From Bacillota bacterium (GTDB taxonomy: Bacteria; Bacillota; Clostridia; Christensenellales; CAG-138), in NCBI GenBank assembly GCA_023435025.1, contig JAEYSE010000030.1:565-64564 (forward strand): a stretch of 64,000 nt of DNA. Direction: 5' to 3'. The translations under genes were made by a program, and so were the position numbers. Every line of letters starts with the position of its first letter. The stretch's first letter is position 1. A model generated the notes under the pieces. That model was not told where the DNA came from, did no database searches, and saw only the letters and a program-made list of their open reading frames with translations. This document shows, in pieces, positions 1 through 9,671 of the stretch.

Positions 1-651
1 GTTGAGATATTTGGTGCCAGAATGAAGCGCAATATCCGCCCCCATCTCGATCGGACGCTGAAGGTAGGGCGTAGCGAACGTGTTGTCCACCGCCACCTTG
101 ATTCCACTGTTTTTTCTGTGGGCAGCGGAAGCGACGGCCTCGATATCGATGACCCGAAGGTTAGGGTTGGCCGGGGTTTCAAAATACACAAATCGGGTGT
201 TTGGCCGGATAGCTGCGGATAATGCGGGAAGCTCATTAAAGTCCACAAACGTCGTTTCTATTCCAAAACGGGGCAGATACTCCGAAAGCAGCGCATAGGT
301 GCAGCCGTAAAGCGTTTTATCCGCCACGATATGATCTCCCGCCTGCAATACCGTCCAGAACATGCTGGAAATGGCGCCCATACCTGAGGAAAACGTCATG
401 CCCGCCTGTGCGTGTTCAAGCTCAGCAAGCTTTGCAGCCACAAGCGTCTGATTCGGGTTGCCGACCCGGGTATAGATATAGCCACTCTCCTGCCCGGCAA
501 AACGCGCGGCACCTTGCGCGGCATCCTCAAACACGAAAGTGCTGGTCTGAAAAATGGGCATGGTCAACGGGTGATACCCCGGTATGTCCATGGCGCCGCT
601 GTGGATCTGCCGCGTGGCAAAGCCTTTTCCCGCCATATCCGGTTTATTCAT
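1..651 (-). CDS. Cys/Met-metabolism PLP-dependent enzyme (methionine gamma-lyase / O-acetylhomoserine sulfhydrylase family); N-terminal 217 codons, continues past the left edge
   Basis: Absent from the ORF track because it has no stop in the window. Hand translation of the minus strand from ATG 651..649 (GGAGCAAAGGAG upstream) gives MNKPDMAGKGFATRQIHSGAMD..FQTSTFVF..YTRVGNPNQ..FSSGMGAIS..DNTFATPYLQRPIEMGADIALHSGTKYLN. It ends in the S-x-T-K PLP-lysine motif of this family. Confidence 0.8.
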   Translation of the reverse strand, partial: MNKPDMAGKGFATRQIHSGAMDIPGYHPLTMPIFQTSTFVFEDAAQGAARFAGQESGYIYTRVGNPNQTLVAAKLAELEHAQAGMTFSSGMGAISSMFWTVLQAGDHIVADKTLYGCTYALLSEYLPRFGIETTFVDFNELPALSAAIRPNTRFVYFETPANPNLRVIDIEAVASAAHRKNSGIKVAVDNTFATPYLQRPIEMGADIALHSGTKYLN

Positions 652-728
652 CGTATTGCTCCTTTGCTCCGTAATAAGATGGTTTTCTGTTGACTGGCGC
701 GTTTTACTTTTCACGGCGGAATAGCCCA

Positions 729-1349
729 TCAAGATAACAGGATGGGTTTTCCTACTTGCAGCGCGCGGTGATAAATGGTAGCTGCGTCCTCCACATATTC
801 GGCACGGATACGCGCTTTGGCTAAGGTTTCACCCACGGCGATTACGCCATGGTTTGCTAGTAGGCAGGCATTCTTGCCTTTGATGAACTCCTCCACCGCA
901 CTCAGCCCCAGTTCGCGTGTGCCCGGTTTTTCAAACCTGGCGCAGGCGACTTCGCCGCCAAGGAAAGGCCGCATCTCGATAAGCACAAGCGGGATCGTCT
1001 GCCGCGTCACCGCAAAGGATGTGGCATACGGCGAATGCGTATGGAATACAGCGCCCACATGCGGGCAGCTTTCATAGATCGCCGCATGCATGGGCCACTC
1101 GGAGGATGGGCGGTATTTCCCCTCAAGTATGGTACCGTCCAGCTTCACCGATACAATATCTTCCGACTTCATGATTTCATATCTGATACTTGTAGGGGTA
1201 ATCAGCATGTATCCCTCATCCTTGAGGTAAATAGAAAGGTTTCCGCTGGTTCCTGCAAACAACTTGTTCTCAAAAGAACTCCGGCTTATTTCCACAATCT
1301 CCTGTTTTAACTGTTCAATCGTACTCATTTTCCCTATTGCGTCCTTCAT
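729..1349 (-). CDS. class II aldolase/adducin-family protein (FucA/MtnB-like; candidate 5-deoxyribulose-1-P / methylthioribulose-1-P aldolase)
   Basis: 206-aa ORF with the SGNLS..ITPT..EWPMHAAIY..VFHTHSPYAT..ANHGVIAVG pattern of zinc class II aldolases. It starts 1 nt after the stop of the mtnA-like gene. Confidence 0.8.
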   Translation of the reverse strand: MKDAIGKMSTIEQLKQEIVEISRSSFENKLFAGTSGNLSIYLKDEGYMLITPTSIRYEIMKSEDIVSVKLDGTILEGKYRPSSEWPMHAAIYESCPHVGAVFHTHSPYATSFAVTRQTIPLVLIEMRPFLGGEVACARFEKPGTRELGLSAVEEFIKGKNACLLANHGVIAVGETLAKARIRAEYVEDAATIYHRALQVGKPILLS

Positions 1350-1350
1350 A

Positions 1351-2403
1351 TTAATATTCGCCCGAATGGCCGCTTAGATAATAACTCTTTAAATCATACG
1401 GAGCGTAGACGCCACAGTCCGTTATGACGCCGCTGACCAGATGCGGAGGCGTAATGTCAAAGGAAGGATAATACCCTTTTACGCCCTCCATCGCCGTACG
1501 TACGCCCATGGCCTGGAGCACGAACTCCGGATCACGCATTTCGATTTTAACCGTATCTACTGTAGGGTGACCCTTATCCGGCGCTCCGGTGGCATAATAC
1601 GGAATGCCCATATACTTGGCCACAATCGCGATTTGGAACGTTCCCACTTTGTTTACGATGTATCCATCCTGGCAGACCACGTCCGCAGCCGAGGTGAATA
1701 CATCGATTTTTTCGTTCTGTATGGCAAACGCCGGCATATTGTCCGTAATCACCGTCACGTCAAATCCCATATCGCGTGCTACGCTTGCGGTTAGGCGCGC
1801 CCCCTGAAAGTAAGGGCGCGTTTCCGCGCAATAGATTTTGAGTGCGTTACCGCGTCGTCTTGCCTCCTTAAGCATCATCCCCACAATGGTTTCCCCGAAG
1901 CACTGCGTGAGCACCTTCGCGTTTTGCGGCAACAAGTCTACCAGGTAACGGGCCATGACACCAATCTTGTTGTACCGTGCGTTGTTGGCGCGTACAGCGT
2001 GTTCCACAATCGCGTCGCTGACGTTTTTGCCCTGTGCCAGCGCCTCTTCTGCTGCTCGGTAGCAGCCCGCTGTGATAAGGGACATGCGGTCTATTGTGGT
2101 GGGGCGTGCATGCGAAATGGTATGGGCAGCCTTTTGTAAGAATTCCTTCTGCCGCTGCTCGCTTTCATTCCTGCACTCGTATGCGGCCAACGCCATGCCC
2201 ATTGCCGCAGCGGTATAGGGGCCGGCGCTTTGGGTGACCATATCCGTTATTGCCTGCGTAACCTCCCTGTAAGTCTCGCACTCCACGAATGCGATTTTCA
2301 CGGGATATATGCGTCGATCCAATATTCTTACCTTGCCATTCTCATACCAGGCGACATTTTCATACCGCAGCATGAACGCAAGATCCTGATCCGCTCTTTC
2401 CAT
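1351..2403 (-). CDS. mtnA: S-methyl-5-thioribose-1-phosphate isomerase family (eIF-2B alpha/beta/delta-like; MtnA/DrdI-type)
   Basis: 350-aa ORF with an N-terminus (ENVAWYENGKVRILDRR..P) and length typical of MtnA. RBS GGAGGAGAGG lies upstream of the ATG. Confidence 0.85.
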   Translation of the reverse strand: MERADQDLAFMLRYENVAWYENGKVRILDRRIYPVKIAFVECETYREVTQAITDMVTQSAGPYTAAAMGMALAAYECRNESEQRQKEFLQKAAHTISHARPTTIDRMSLITAGCYRAAEEALAQGKNVSDAIVEHAVRANNARYNKIGVMARYLVDLLPQNAKVLTQCFGETIVGMMLKEARRRGNALKIYCAETRPYFQGARLTASVARDMGFDVTVITDNMPAFAIQNEKIDVFTSAADVVCQDGYIVNKVGTFQIAIVAKYMGIPYYATGAPDKGHPTVDTVKIEMRDPEFVLQAMGVRTAMEGVKGYYPSFDITPPHLVSGVITDCGVYAPYDLKSYYLSGHSGEY

Positions 2404-2440
2404 TAGGCCTCTCCTCCCGGGCCCGAACCGGGCCGTAATG

Positions 2441-3733
2441 TTATATAAACAGGCGGTTTATCGTCTGCTGAAGATCCCATTTTACCTTTTCATAGTCGAT
2501 GGTAAGGTATTTCCCGTTTTCGTAGAGTATGGTTCCGTCTACCATCGTCATGGCGACATCACTCGCTTGGGCCGCGTATACCAAAAGCGCGGGTATGTCG
2601 TGCATAGGCATCAGATGCGGCGCATCAATGTTGATGGCAATCAAGTCTGCTCTCTTACCAACGGCAAGCTCGCCGCAGTCGAAACGCCCCTGTGCTTCGG
2701 CTCCGTTTCTGGTGGCCATCAGCAGCAGTTCATCTGGCCCGATAACGGTCGGATCACCGGCGTATCCCTTATGGATGAGGGACGCAAGGTGCATCTCTTC
2801 CATCAGGTTCAGATTGTTGTTGCTGGCAGCGCCGTCCGTGCCGATGGCGACGCGGATGCCGCGATCAAGCAGCGCCTGTATCGGCATAAAGCCGCTGCCC
2901 AGCTTCATGTTGCTGGATGGATTGTGTACACAGGTGACATCTTTTTCGTAAAGCAGTTCGATATCGGCGGGCTCCACCATTACGCAATGCGCGGCGATGG
3001 TGGAATTGTCCAGCACGCCAAGGTCATAAAACCAGCGCGCAGGTGTCTTGCCATTACGGATTTTGCATTCCTCATGTTCCTTGCGGGTTTCGGAAAGATG
3101 CAAATGGACGCGGGCGCCCAACCGCCTGCAATCCTCCCCGTAGCGCCGTATCTGCTCGGCGAAAGACGTATATTCGGCGTGTATGCCGAAATCCACTGTC
3201 AATCGGCCGTCACCTTTGCCGTTATATGCGTGGAAGAACTCCAGAGATTCCTTTGCCCGCCAACTATTTTCATAGGGCTCGTCAGGATCGAATACCAGAA
3301 GCGGGCGGTTCAGGTTTGCCTTCATGCCAGCCTGCAGTACTTCATCTGCCGTGATATGCGGCTTATCGTACATATCCGAAAAGCTCACCACGCCGCAGGC
3401 GAGCATTTCTAGCATGGCCAGCCGCGTCCCAACGCTGATATCCTCTCCGGTCAGCTTGGCCTCGATGGGAAACATCGCCTCATGCAGCCATCTGTCAAGC
3501 GGCAGGCCACTGCCCAGCCCGCGCAGCAGCGTCATGGAAGTATGTGTGTGCATGTTATAAAAGCCCGGCATCAGTAGGTGACCCGAAAGATCCTTTTCGT
3601 TTTCATAGGTCTCCTTAGGCTTTTGTGCGCCCACGTAGCGGATTACTGCGCCGTCTATGCCCACGAAACTATTTCTGATCACGCGCCAGCCGTTTTCATA
3701 CACCAGCAGATCCGCGTTTTTTAGCAGCAGCAT
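2441..3733 (-). CDS. mtaD: 5'-methylthioadenosine / S-adenosylhomocysteine / 5'-deoxyadenosine deaminase (amidohydrolase superfamily, MtaD/DadD-type)
   Basis: 430-aa ORF carrying the LMPGFYNMHTHTSMTLLRG metal-binding motif and a later HLSET..HC..motif. RBS GGGAGGAA. Confidence 0.85.
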   Translation of the reverse strand: MLLLKNADLLVYENGWRVIRNSFVGIDGAVIRYVGAQKPKETYENEKDLSGHLLMPGFYNMHTHTSMTLLRGLGSGLPLDRWLHEAMFPIEAKLTGEDISVGTRLAMLEMLACGVVSFSDMYDKPHITADEVLQAGMKANLNRPLLVFDPDEPYENSWRAKESLEFFHAYNGKGDGRLTVDFGIHAEYTSFAEQIRRYGEDCRRLGARVHLHLSETRKEHEECKIRNGKTPARWFYDLGVLDNSTIAAHCVMVEPADIELLYEKDVTCVHNPSSNMKLGSGFMPIQALLDRGIRVAIGTDGAASNNNLNLMEEMHLASLIHKGYAGDPTVIGPDELLLMATRNGAEAQGRFDCGELAVGKRADLIAINIDAPHLMPMHDIPALLVYAAQASDVAMTMVDGTILYENGKYLTIDYEKVKWDLQQTINRLFI

Positions 3734-3767
3734 ATGTTCCTCCCTTATTCAAAAGTACGTTAAGCAA

Positions 3768-4589
3768 TTACAGATGCGCGAGGATATCCTTCACATAGCT
3801 TTTAAACGGTTCCTTCACGAGGTTTGCGGTTTCGTCAACTTCGCCCGGAAGCAGCGGCTGATCCAATACGCCTGCCGCCATATTGGTCATAAGTGAAAGC
3901 CCTAAGAGCGGCATGCGGCAGTGCGCGGCGGTGAGGGCCTCGGTAATAGTTGACATACCCACGGCATCCGAGCCCAGCACCCGTGCCGCGCGTATTTCCG
4001 CAGGGGTTTCAAAATGCGGCCCGCAAAAAAACTGATACACACCCTCGTGTACGCTAAGCGGACTGTTTTTCGCGCATTGGAGTGCGATCTGGCGAAGTGC
4101 GCGGGTATACATATCGCTCACGTCAAAGAACCGCGATCCAAACTCGGGAATGTTCTTACCGCGCATGGGGCTTGCGCCCGCCAAGTTGATGTGATCCTTG
4201 ATCACCATGACATCGCCCGGCCGGTAGGATTCGTTGACGGCCCCAGCCGCGTTGGTCAGGATTGTCTGCTTGACGCCCAGAAGATGGAACAGGCGGATGG
4301 GGGCGGCGAGCTCCTCAAAACTGTACCCTTCGTAATAATGGAACCGTCCGGACATGCAGACAACTTGCCTTCCCTCCAGAGTACCAATCACCAGCTTGCC
4401 TGCGTGGGATTGGACGGTGGAAGTAAGAAAATTTGGAATTTCTTCGTAAGGGATCACAACAGGGTGTTCAATTTCCTCTGCAAGGCTGCCCAGCGCTGTC
4501 CCCAGTATGATGGCGGTTTCCGGCTGAAGATTAATTTTGCTTTTTACATATTCCGCGCTTTTTTGATAGTAATCGTAGGTATAAGACAT
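3768..4589 (-). CDS. purine nucleoside phosphorylase, trimeric PNP/MTAP family (inosine/5'-modified-inosine phosphorylase candidate)
   Basis: 273-aa ORF: AIILGTALGSL..HAGKLVIGTLEGRQVVCMSGRFHYYEGY..TNAAGAVN..GPHFETPAE..GMST. Confidence 0.85.
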   Translation of the reverse strand: MSYTYDYYQKSAEYVKSKINLQPETAIILGTALGSLAEEIEHPVVIPYEEIPNFLTSTVQSHAGKLVIGTLEGRQVVCMSGRFHYYEGYSFEELAAPIRLFHLLGVKQTILTNAAGAVNESYRPGDVMVIKDHINLAGASPMRGKNIPEFGSRFFDVSDMYTRALRQIALQCAKNSPLSVHEGVYQFFCGPHFETPAEIRAARVLGSDAVGMSTITEALTAAHCRMPLLGLSLMTNMAAGVLDQPLLPGEVDETANLVKEPFKSYVKDILAHL

Positions 4590-4616
4590 TGCATGAATCC
4601 TTTCTCTTTCTGAACG

Positions 4617-5534
4617 TTAACTTCGGACTTTATCGCCCCTTCTCATCTGAAAGAAGTTGTACATCGCCAGTGCGATAACGGTGGCAACGTAGGGCAACGC
4701 CATTGTAAGCTGGCTGCTGATGGACGAGTTTTGAAGCATGTTTGCCATGGACTGCGCAAAGCCGAAGAATGCACTCGAAGCAATAACACCCAAAGGATGC
4801 GCAGCGCCCAACGTGCCTGCCGCCATTGCGATGAACCCGCGCCCGGCGGTAATGTTCTGCGCAAACATGGTGACGCCGCCCATCGTAAGCAAGCAGCCGC
4901 CAATGCCTGAAAGCAGGCCCGAGAACATGACAGTAAGAATTTGGAGTCTGTCCGCTTTGATCCCCAGGCTTTCTGCGGCGGGTTTGTTGATGCCAACGGA
5001 GCGCATATGGAAACCAGCTACCGTTTTAAACAAGAACAGATAAAGCAGCACAGCCAGTATAAACGCAAACAAATCAAGATAGGTCAGGGAAGAAAACATG
5101 GTATGCAGGACAGGCGCACCCTTTAGAAAGGATACGTCAATTTTGGTGAGGCTCACCAGTTTGTCGCTCACATACGCGCCCTTCCCGCCAAATATGAGCT
5201 GCATCAGGAATGTGGTCAACCCGCTGATCAGGCTGTTGATGGAAACACCCACAACCAGCATGGCGCCTTTGAATTTGACCATAAATATCCCCGCAATTAG
5301 CGCAACAAACGTAGAGGCGATCATGGCGGCAAGCAGAGAAACCAATATGCTTGCTGTATAGTAATTGGCTACGATAGCCGCAAACGCGCCCATGAGCATT
5401 GTGCCTTCGAGACCGATGTTAAATATGAACACACGGTTGCACAGCGCCGAGCCCAAGGCCACAAACAAAATCGGCGTCATCATGCGGATCGTCGAGTTGA
5501 ATACGACCGCAAGGTAATTCGAATCAACGGCCAT
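4617..5534 (-). CDS. ABC transporter permease (BMP-lipoprotein-associated nucleoside/simple-sugar type)
   Basis: 305-aa polytopic hydrophobic ORF that overlaps the upstream permease gene by 11 nt. It lies in an operon with a BMP binding protein and a tandem ATPase. Confidence 0.85.
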   Translation of the reverse strand: MAVDSNYLAVVFNSTIRMMTPILFVALGSALCNRVFIFNIGLEGTMLMGAFAAIVANYYTASILVSLLAAMIASTFVALIAGIFMVKFKGAMLVVGVSINSLISGLTTFLMQLIFGGKGAYVSDKLVSLTKIDVSFLKGAPVLHTMFSSLTYLDLFAFILAVLLYLFLFKTVAGFHMRSVGINKPAAESLGIKADRLQILTVMFSGLLSGIGGCLLTMGGVTMFAQNITAGRGFIAMAAGTLGAAHPLGVIASSAFFGFAQSMANMLQNSSISSQLTMALPYVATVIALAMYNFFQMRRGDKVRS

Positions 5535-6639
5535 TCCCTGCGTCCTCCTTCTCCAGCGTCATAGGTGCCCTTTTGATAAATGGCCATATACTGCGCTTGG
5601 GTTTTCTACATGAGTTAAATACGATCTTTGCGGAAATAAACAGCGTAATACAGCCCTGTATAATGGAAGAAATCTCAAGAGGTACGCTGGTGGAGCGAGA
5701 AATGGCGGAGCCACCCGTCTGAATTCCGGCAAGAAGTATGGAAGTAAATAATATCCCCACCGGATGGTAGCCGGAAATCAGCGCGGCATTGAGGCCTATC
5801 CAGGCATAACTGGCCGAAACGTACGTATTGTGCACATACCGATACTGCGTTCCATATACCTCAAGTACGCCGGCAAGCGCGCAGATGACGCCGCTGAGCG
5901 TGAGCATTCCGTACATGACCTTTTTGCTGTTGATGCCCCCGTAATTACAAAAATTGATGTTAAAGCCGCTCATCTTGGATTCGTACCCGAAATTGGTCCG
6001 GCTCATGGTGAACCAGATTAGCACGACGAGCAGCAATGCCACTATAAATCCCCAATGCAGACTGTATTCCGAAAAGATCTTTGGAAGCCGCATGCCTTTA
6101 TCAAGCATCAGAGTTTGAGTCATTTTCGCGTCCCCGGTGGTGTCTAAAAATACGTTGGCAGTAAAATGCATAGTGATGTATTGGACGGCATAGTTGAACA
6201 TCAGCGTGGAAATCGCCAACGACATTTTGAATTTATCAAGCAGCCAGGCTGAAAGCGTCGAGTACAGACCGCCCGCTGCGAGTGCTCCTACAATCGAACA
6301 TAATACTTTTAGCCAGGCCGGGCCGGGGATATAGAGCGCTATGATGGCGGAAACAAACCCACCCATAATCATCTGTCCCTCGCCGCCGATGCCCATATAA
6401 TTCGAGCTCCACGCAACTGCGGCGCCTAATCCACAGATGATAATGGGCGTAGCACGCGTAAGCGTGGTAAGCAGGTAGTAAGCGCTTCCAAATGCGCCTC
6501 TGCCCATGGCGGCGTATACCGTGAGCGGGTTTTCCCCCGTCACCAAAATGGCTATGGCGCCCACCAACAGCGCAAAAAATATGGCGATTGCCGGCTGTAC
6601 AAGGGGCGCTATGATCCTTTTGAACTTATTCAGATGCAT
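5524..6639 (-). CDS. ABC transporter permease (BMP-lipoprotein-associated type)
   Basis: 371-aa polytopic hydrophobic ORF that overlaps the ATPase gene end. Confidence 0.85.
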   Translation of the reverse strand: MHLNKFKRIIAPLVQPAIAIFFALLVGAIAILVTGENPLTVYAAMGRGAFGSAYYLLTTLTRATPIIICGLGAAVAWSSNYMGIGGEGQMIMGGFVSAIIALYIPGPAWLKVLCSIVGALAAGGLYSTLSAWLLDKFKMSLAISTLMFNYAVQYITMHFTANVFLDTTGDAKMTQTLMLDKGMRLPKIFSEYSLHWGFIVALLLVVLIWFTMSRTNFGYESKMSGFNINFCNYGGINSKKVMYGMLTLSGVICALAGVLEVYGTQYRYVHNTYVSASYAWIGLNAALISGYHPVGILFTSILLAGIQTGGSAISRSTSVPLEISSIIQGCITLFISAKIVFNSCRKPKRSIWPFIKRAPMTLEKEDAGNGR

Positions 6640-8158
6640 GCTGATTCCCCCTTGCCATAAGAAGTCCGAGTTCTTCTTCCTTTACCTTGCCGCGCGTAAA
6701 TTCCCCGTGGATTTTGCCACGATACATCACATAGATGCGGTCGGATAATTTGATTACCTCGGAAAGCTCGCTGGATATGAGCAGCACTGCAGCGCCGTCC
6801 GAACGGTTTTTGATGAGTTGTTCATGTATGAATTCCATTGCACCAATGTCAACGCCGCGCGTAGGTTCGCAAGCAATCAGCAACGGTGTTCTCTGCAAAA
6901 TTTCCCTTGCAGCAATCAGCTTTTGAGCGTTTCCTCCCGACAGAGAGCTTGTCTTGGCGCGCGTGCTGTCCGTCTTTACGGAGAACCTGGTGACGATATC
7001 CTGTGCGAAGTGCAGGACGTTTGTGATTTTCAGTATTCCTGCACGGGAAAATTGAGGCTTCCTGTAATGCGCCATGATGGCGGTTTCCGCTATGGTGGCC
7101 TGCGGAGCAGAGCCCCATATATACCGGTCCTCCGGTATCATGGACACGCCGGATTCGCGCACTTCCCTCACACTGCGGTTTAAAATTGCCTTTCCTTTTA
7201 AAAGCACGCTGCCGCTCTGGGCCTTTTGCAGCCCCAAAATACACTTTGCAAGTTCGGATTGCCCGTTTCCGGATACGCCCGCGATTCCCACGATCTCTCC
7301 CGCCCGGACATGCATGGAAAGGCGGTCAACACTTGGCACAGCGCCTTCGCCTTTTACCACAAGGTCTTCAATGCGCAGTACATCTTCACCCGGTTCAACA
7401 GGGAGGATGTCCGTTTCTATCAGCTGACGGCCTACCATCATGAAGCTGAGTTCCTCTATAGAGGTATCCTTAATAGGAACATCCGCAACCATGGTGCCTG
7501 CGCGCATGACCATGGCGCGGTCCGCCACCTCCATCACCTCATTGAGCTTATGCGTGATGATGATAATGCTTTTACCGGTACCGGCAAGCTTTTTCATGGT
7601 TTTCAAGAGTTCGTGTACTTCCTGGGGCGTTAATACGGCGGTAGGCTCGTCAAATATGATGATATCCGCATTCTGGTAGAGCACCTTGACAATTTCCACG
7701 CGCTGCCGAAGGCCGACCGGCATTCCCATAATCTTGGCCTGCGGATCCAGCGGAAGCTCATAGGCCCTGGATAATTCCAATACCGTACTGTTTGCTTTTT
7801 TCAAGTCAAAATACAGGCCTTTTTCCGGCTCCTTGCCGTATACGACGTTTTCCGCGACCGTGAATGGGTCAAAAAGCATAAAATGCTGTTGCACCATGCC
7901 AATCCCGTTTGCGATGGCATGCGCAGTGCTTTTCAAGTTCAGTTGTTTGCCATGGAGATAGATGCTTCCGCTGCTGGCCTGTTCCATGCCATAAAGCACC
8001 TTCATCAGAGTGGTCTTGCCCGCTCCGTTCTCGCCTATGACTGCAAGGATTTCTCCTTTATAAAGCCGAAGGCTGACGTCATTATTTGCGACAAGATCTC
8101 CATAACATTTTACAATGTGCTCCATACGGAGGATGGGTTCGGTTTCCTTCATTTGCAT
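6626..8158 (-). CDS. ABC transporter ATP-binding protein with two fused ATPase domains
   Basis: Walker A GENGAGKTT, signature LSGGNAQK and a second half with GVSGNGQSEL. The ORF track starts at TTG 8167, directly abutting the RBS. ATG at 8158 lies 10 nt after AGGGAGA, so I prefer it. Confidence 0.9.
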   Translation of the reverse strand: MQMKETEPILRMEHIVKCYGDLVANNDVSLRLYKGEILAVIGENGAGKTTLMKVLYGMEQASSGSIYLHGKQLNLKSTAHAIANGIGMVQQHFMLFDPFTVAENVVYGKEPEKGLYFDLKKANSTVLELSRAYELPLDPQAKIMGMPVGLRQRVEIVKVLYQNADIIIFDEPTAVLTPQEVHELLKTMKKLAGTGKSIIIITHKLNEVMEVADRAMVMRAGTMVADVPIKDTSIEELSFMMVGRQLIETDILPVEPGEDVLRIEDLVVKGEGAVPSVDRLSMHVRAGEIVGIAGVSGNGQSELAKCILGLQKAQSGSVLLKGKAILNRSVREVRESGVSMIPEDRYIWGSAPQATIAETAIMAHYRKPQFSRAGILKITNVLHFAQDIVTRFSVKTDSTRAKTSSLSGGNAQKLIAAREILQRTPLLIACEPTRGVDIGAMEFIHEQLIKNRSDGAAVLLISSELSEVIKLSDRIYVMYRGKIHGEFTRGKVKEEELGLLMARGNQHASE

Positions 8159-8246
8159 GTGCGGCAATTCTCCCTAGCTCGCTGGATTGTAAAACCAGAG
8201 GGGTATACAAAAGATGATAGAAAGGGCTTGCGAGATGATGGAAGAT

Positions 8247-8274
8247 GTTGCTCCCCATGTTTATGGGGAGCAAC
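8247..8274 (-). promoter_or_regulatory. intercistronic stem-loop after the binding-protein gene
   Basis: Perfect 12-bp inverted repeat GTTGCTCCCCAT gttt ATGGGGAGCAAC between the BMP gene stop (8288) and the ATPase start. No clear U-run, so it is more likely an mRNA-stability or attenuation hairpin than a full terminator. Confidence 0.45.
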
Positions 8275-8287
8275 ATAGTTTGATGAA

Positions 8288-9400
8288 TTAGAAGGAATAA
8301 CTTTCTTCGAGGGGAACCTCAAGCACCAGCTCGCCGGATTTGATCTTATCTGCGGCAGCACGGGCTTTGGCGACGATATCATCGGTAAGCACTTTTGTAT
8401 TGCGGGGGTTGACGCCATCATCGGTAATGTAGGTAGCGCCGACCACGCCTTCCTTCAAGCCAAACGAGGCAATACCTGGCTGGATACCTGTAGAGAAGAA
8501 TTCGTCAAGAATCATGCCGGTGACAACGCCCGTATACTTCACCTGTGTGGTAATGATGTTCGGATTGTCGGGCGTGGTCCTGTCGGCATCCTGGCCGGAA
8601 GTATAGAAGCCCTTCTCCAAAGCCGCCTCAAAGGTACCGAAGTCTGCCACGGCGGAAGCTGCGTTGATAAATATGCATCCCTGTGCGGCCTGCTGCAGCG
8701 CAAGCTCTTTGGCGACAGGCGCATCGGTATAGGACTTGGTATAGTTGAATATGAAATCGGACATCTTGACATTGGGATTGATGGAGCGAACGCCCTCCAT
8801 GTAGCCATATCGCCACTCAAAGCTGCCCTGGCCAGGGTTGGCGTGCACGGCGCCGAAGGGGCCGTTGGGCTTACCAGCATCAGCACTTACAGAGGCCGCG
8901 ATAATGCCGATGAGATAGGCGGCTTCCTGGGGCTTAAAGATATAGGATTTTACGTTCGGATTATCACAGACGGTATCGATGATGGCATACTGCGCCTTGT
9001 CGGGGAATTGTGTTGCGACTTCGTTGAGGGGATCGGCGCCTTGCCAGCCGACTGCAAGGACGAGGCTGTAACCCTCTTCCACGGAAGCGCGGATGTTTTC
9101 GGACCAGGCGGTATCGTCGGCGCATTCAATGACGCTGTACTCCATGGGATATTTGCCGGAGTTCTTGATCTCTTCACACTTTTCAACTACCTGCGTAAGG
9201 AACGGATTTACACCAACAGGGTCACAGATGACGGCAATTTTCTTGATTTCCTCCGAGGCGGCTGAAGTTTCGCCCTGGGGTGCCTCGTTGGATGCGGGCG
9301 CGGGGGTAGCGGCCGCGGGAGCAGCGTTTGAACCGCACCCTGCCAACAGGGAGGATACGAGCATCACCAAACCAAGGAACAGGGCAACTTTTCTCTTCAT
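8288..9400 (-). CDS. BMP-family (basic membrane protein / PnrA-Med-like) ABC substrate-binding lipoprotein, nucleoside-type
   Basis: Signal peptide plus lipobox MKRKVALFLGLVMLVSSLLAGCGS, then an Ala/Pro-rich linker and a BMP-like body. ATG at 9400 follows AAAGGAG by 7 nt. The ORF-track start at 9469 adds 23 unsupported codons. Confidence 0.85.
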   Translation of the reverse strand: MKRKVALFLGLVMLVSSLLAGCGSNAAPAAATPAPASNEAPQGETSAASEEIKKIAVICDPVGVNPFLTQVVEKCEEIKNSGKYPMEYSVIECADDTAWSENIRASVEEGYSLVLAVGWQGADPLNEVATQFPDKAQYAIIDTVCDNPNVKSYIFKPQEAAYLIGIIAASVSADAGKPNGPFGAVHANPGQGSFEWRYGYMEGVRSINPNVKMSDFIFNYTKSYTDAPVAKELALQQAAQGCIFINAASAVADFGTFEAALEKGFYTSGQDADRTTPDNPNIITTQVKYTGVVTGMILDEFFSTGIQPGIASFGLKEGVVGATYITDDGVNPRNTKVLTDDIVAKARAAADKIKSGELVLEVPLEESYSF

Positions 9401-9540
9401 CTTTTTTCTCCTTTTTATTTTTGTAGCCTTTGTATCTGCATCGTCGTGCGATACGCAAAAATAAAGCATGAAAAAACGAGCTCCGCAGTCTGTGAACTTG
9501 TTGGTTTTTGTTATGTTTTCTTTTGTTTGCTGTTTTTCTT

Positions 9541-9568
9541 ATAGTATCACATCGTAGCAGGATGTCAA
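9541..9568 (-). promoter_or_regulatory. putative sigma-A promoter of the transporter/salvage operon
   Basis: On the minus strand: TTGACA, 16-nt spacer ending in TGa, then TACTAT (extended -10). About 135 nt upstream of the BMP start. Confidence 0.55.
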
Positions 9569-9671
9569 TGTTATTTTTATGACGTTTTTAATGCGACCCT
9601 CGACATATAAAAATAGAGATGATATACTAAAACCAAAGTAATCAAACAAAAAACAACATTTGGAGGCCGGT

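Noticed and set aside
2438-3412. 324-aa plus-strand ORF (with nested 2529..2951 and 3043..3354)
   Set aside because: It lies entirely antisense to the well-supported mtaD gene. It has no RBS and a low-complexity R/G/A-rich translation, so it is a shadow ORF in GC-rich coding DNA.
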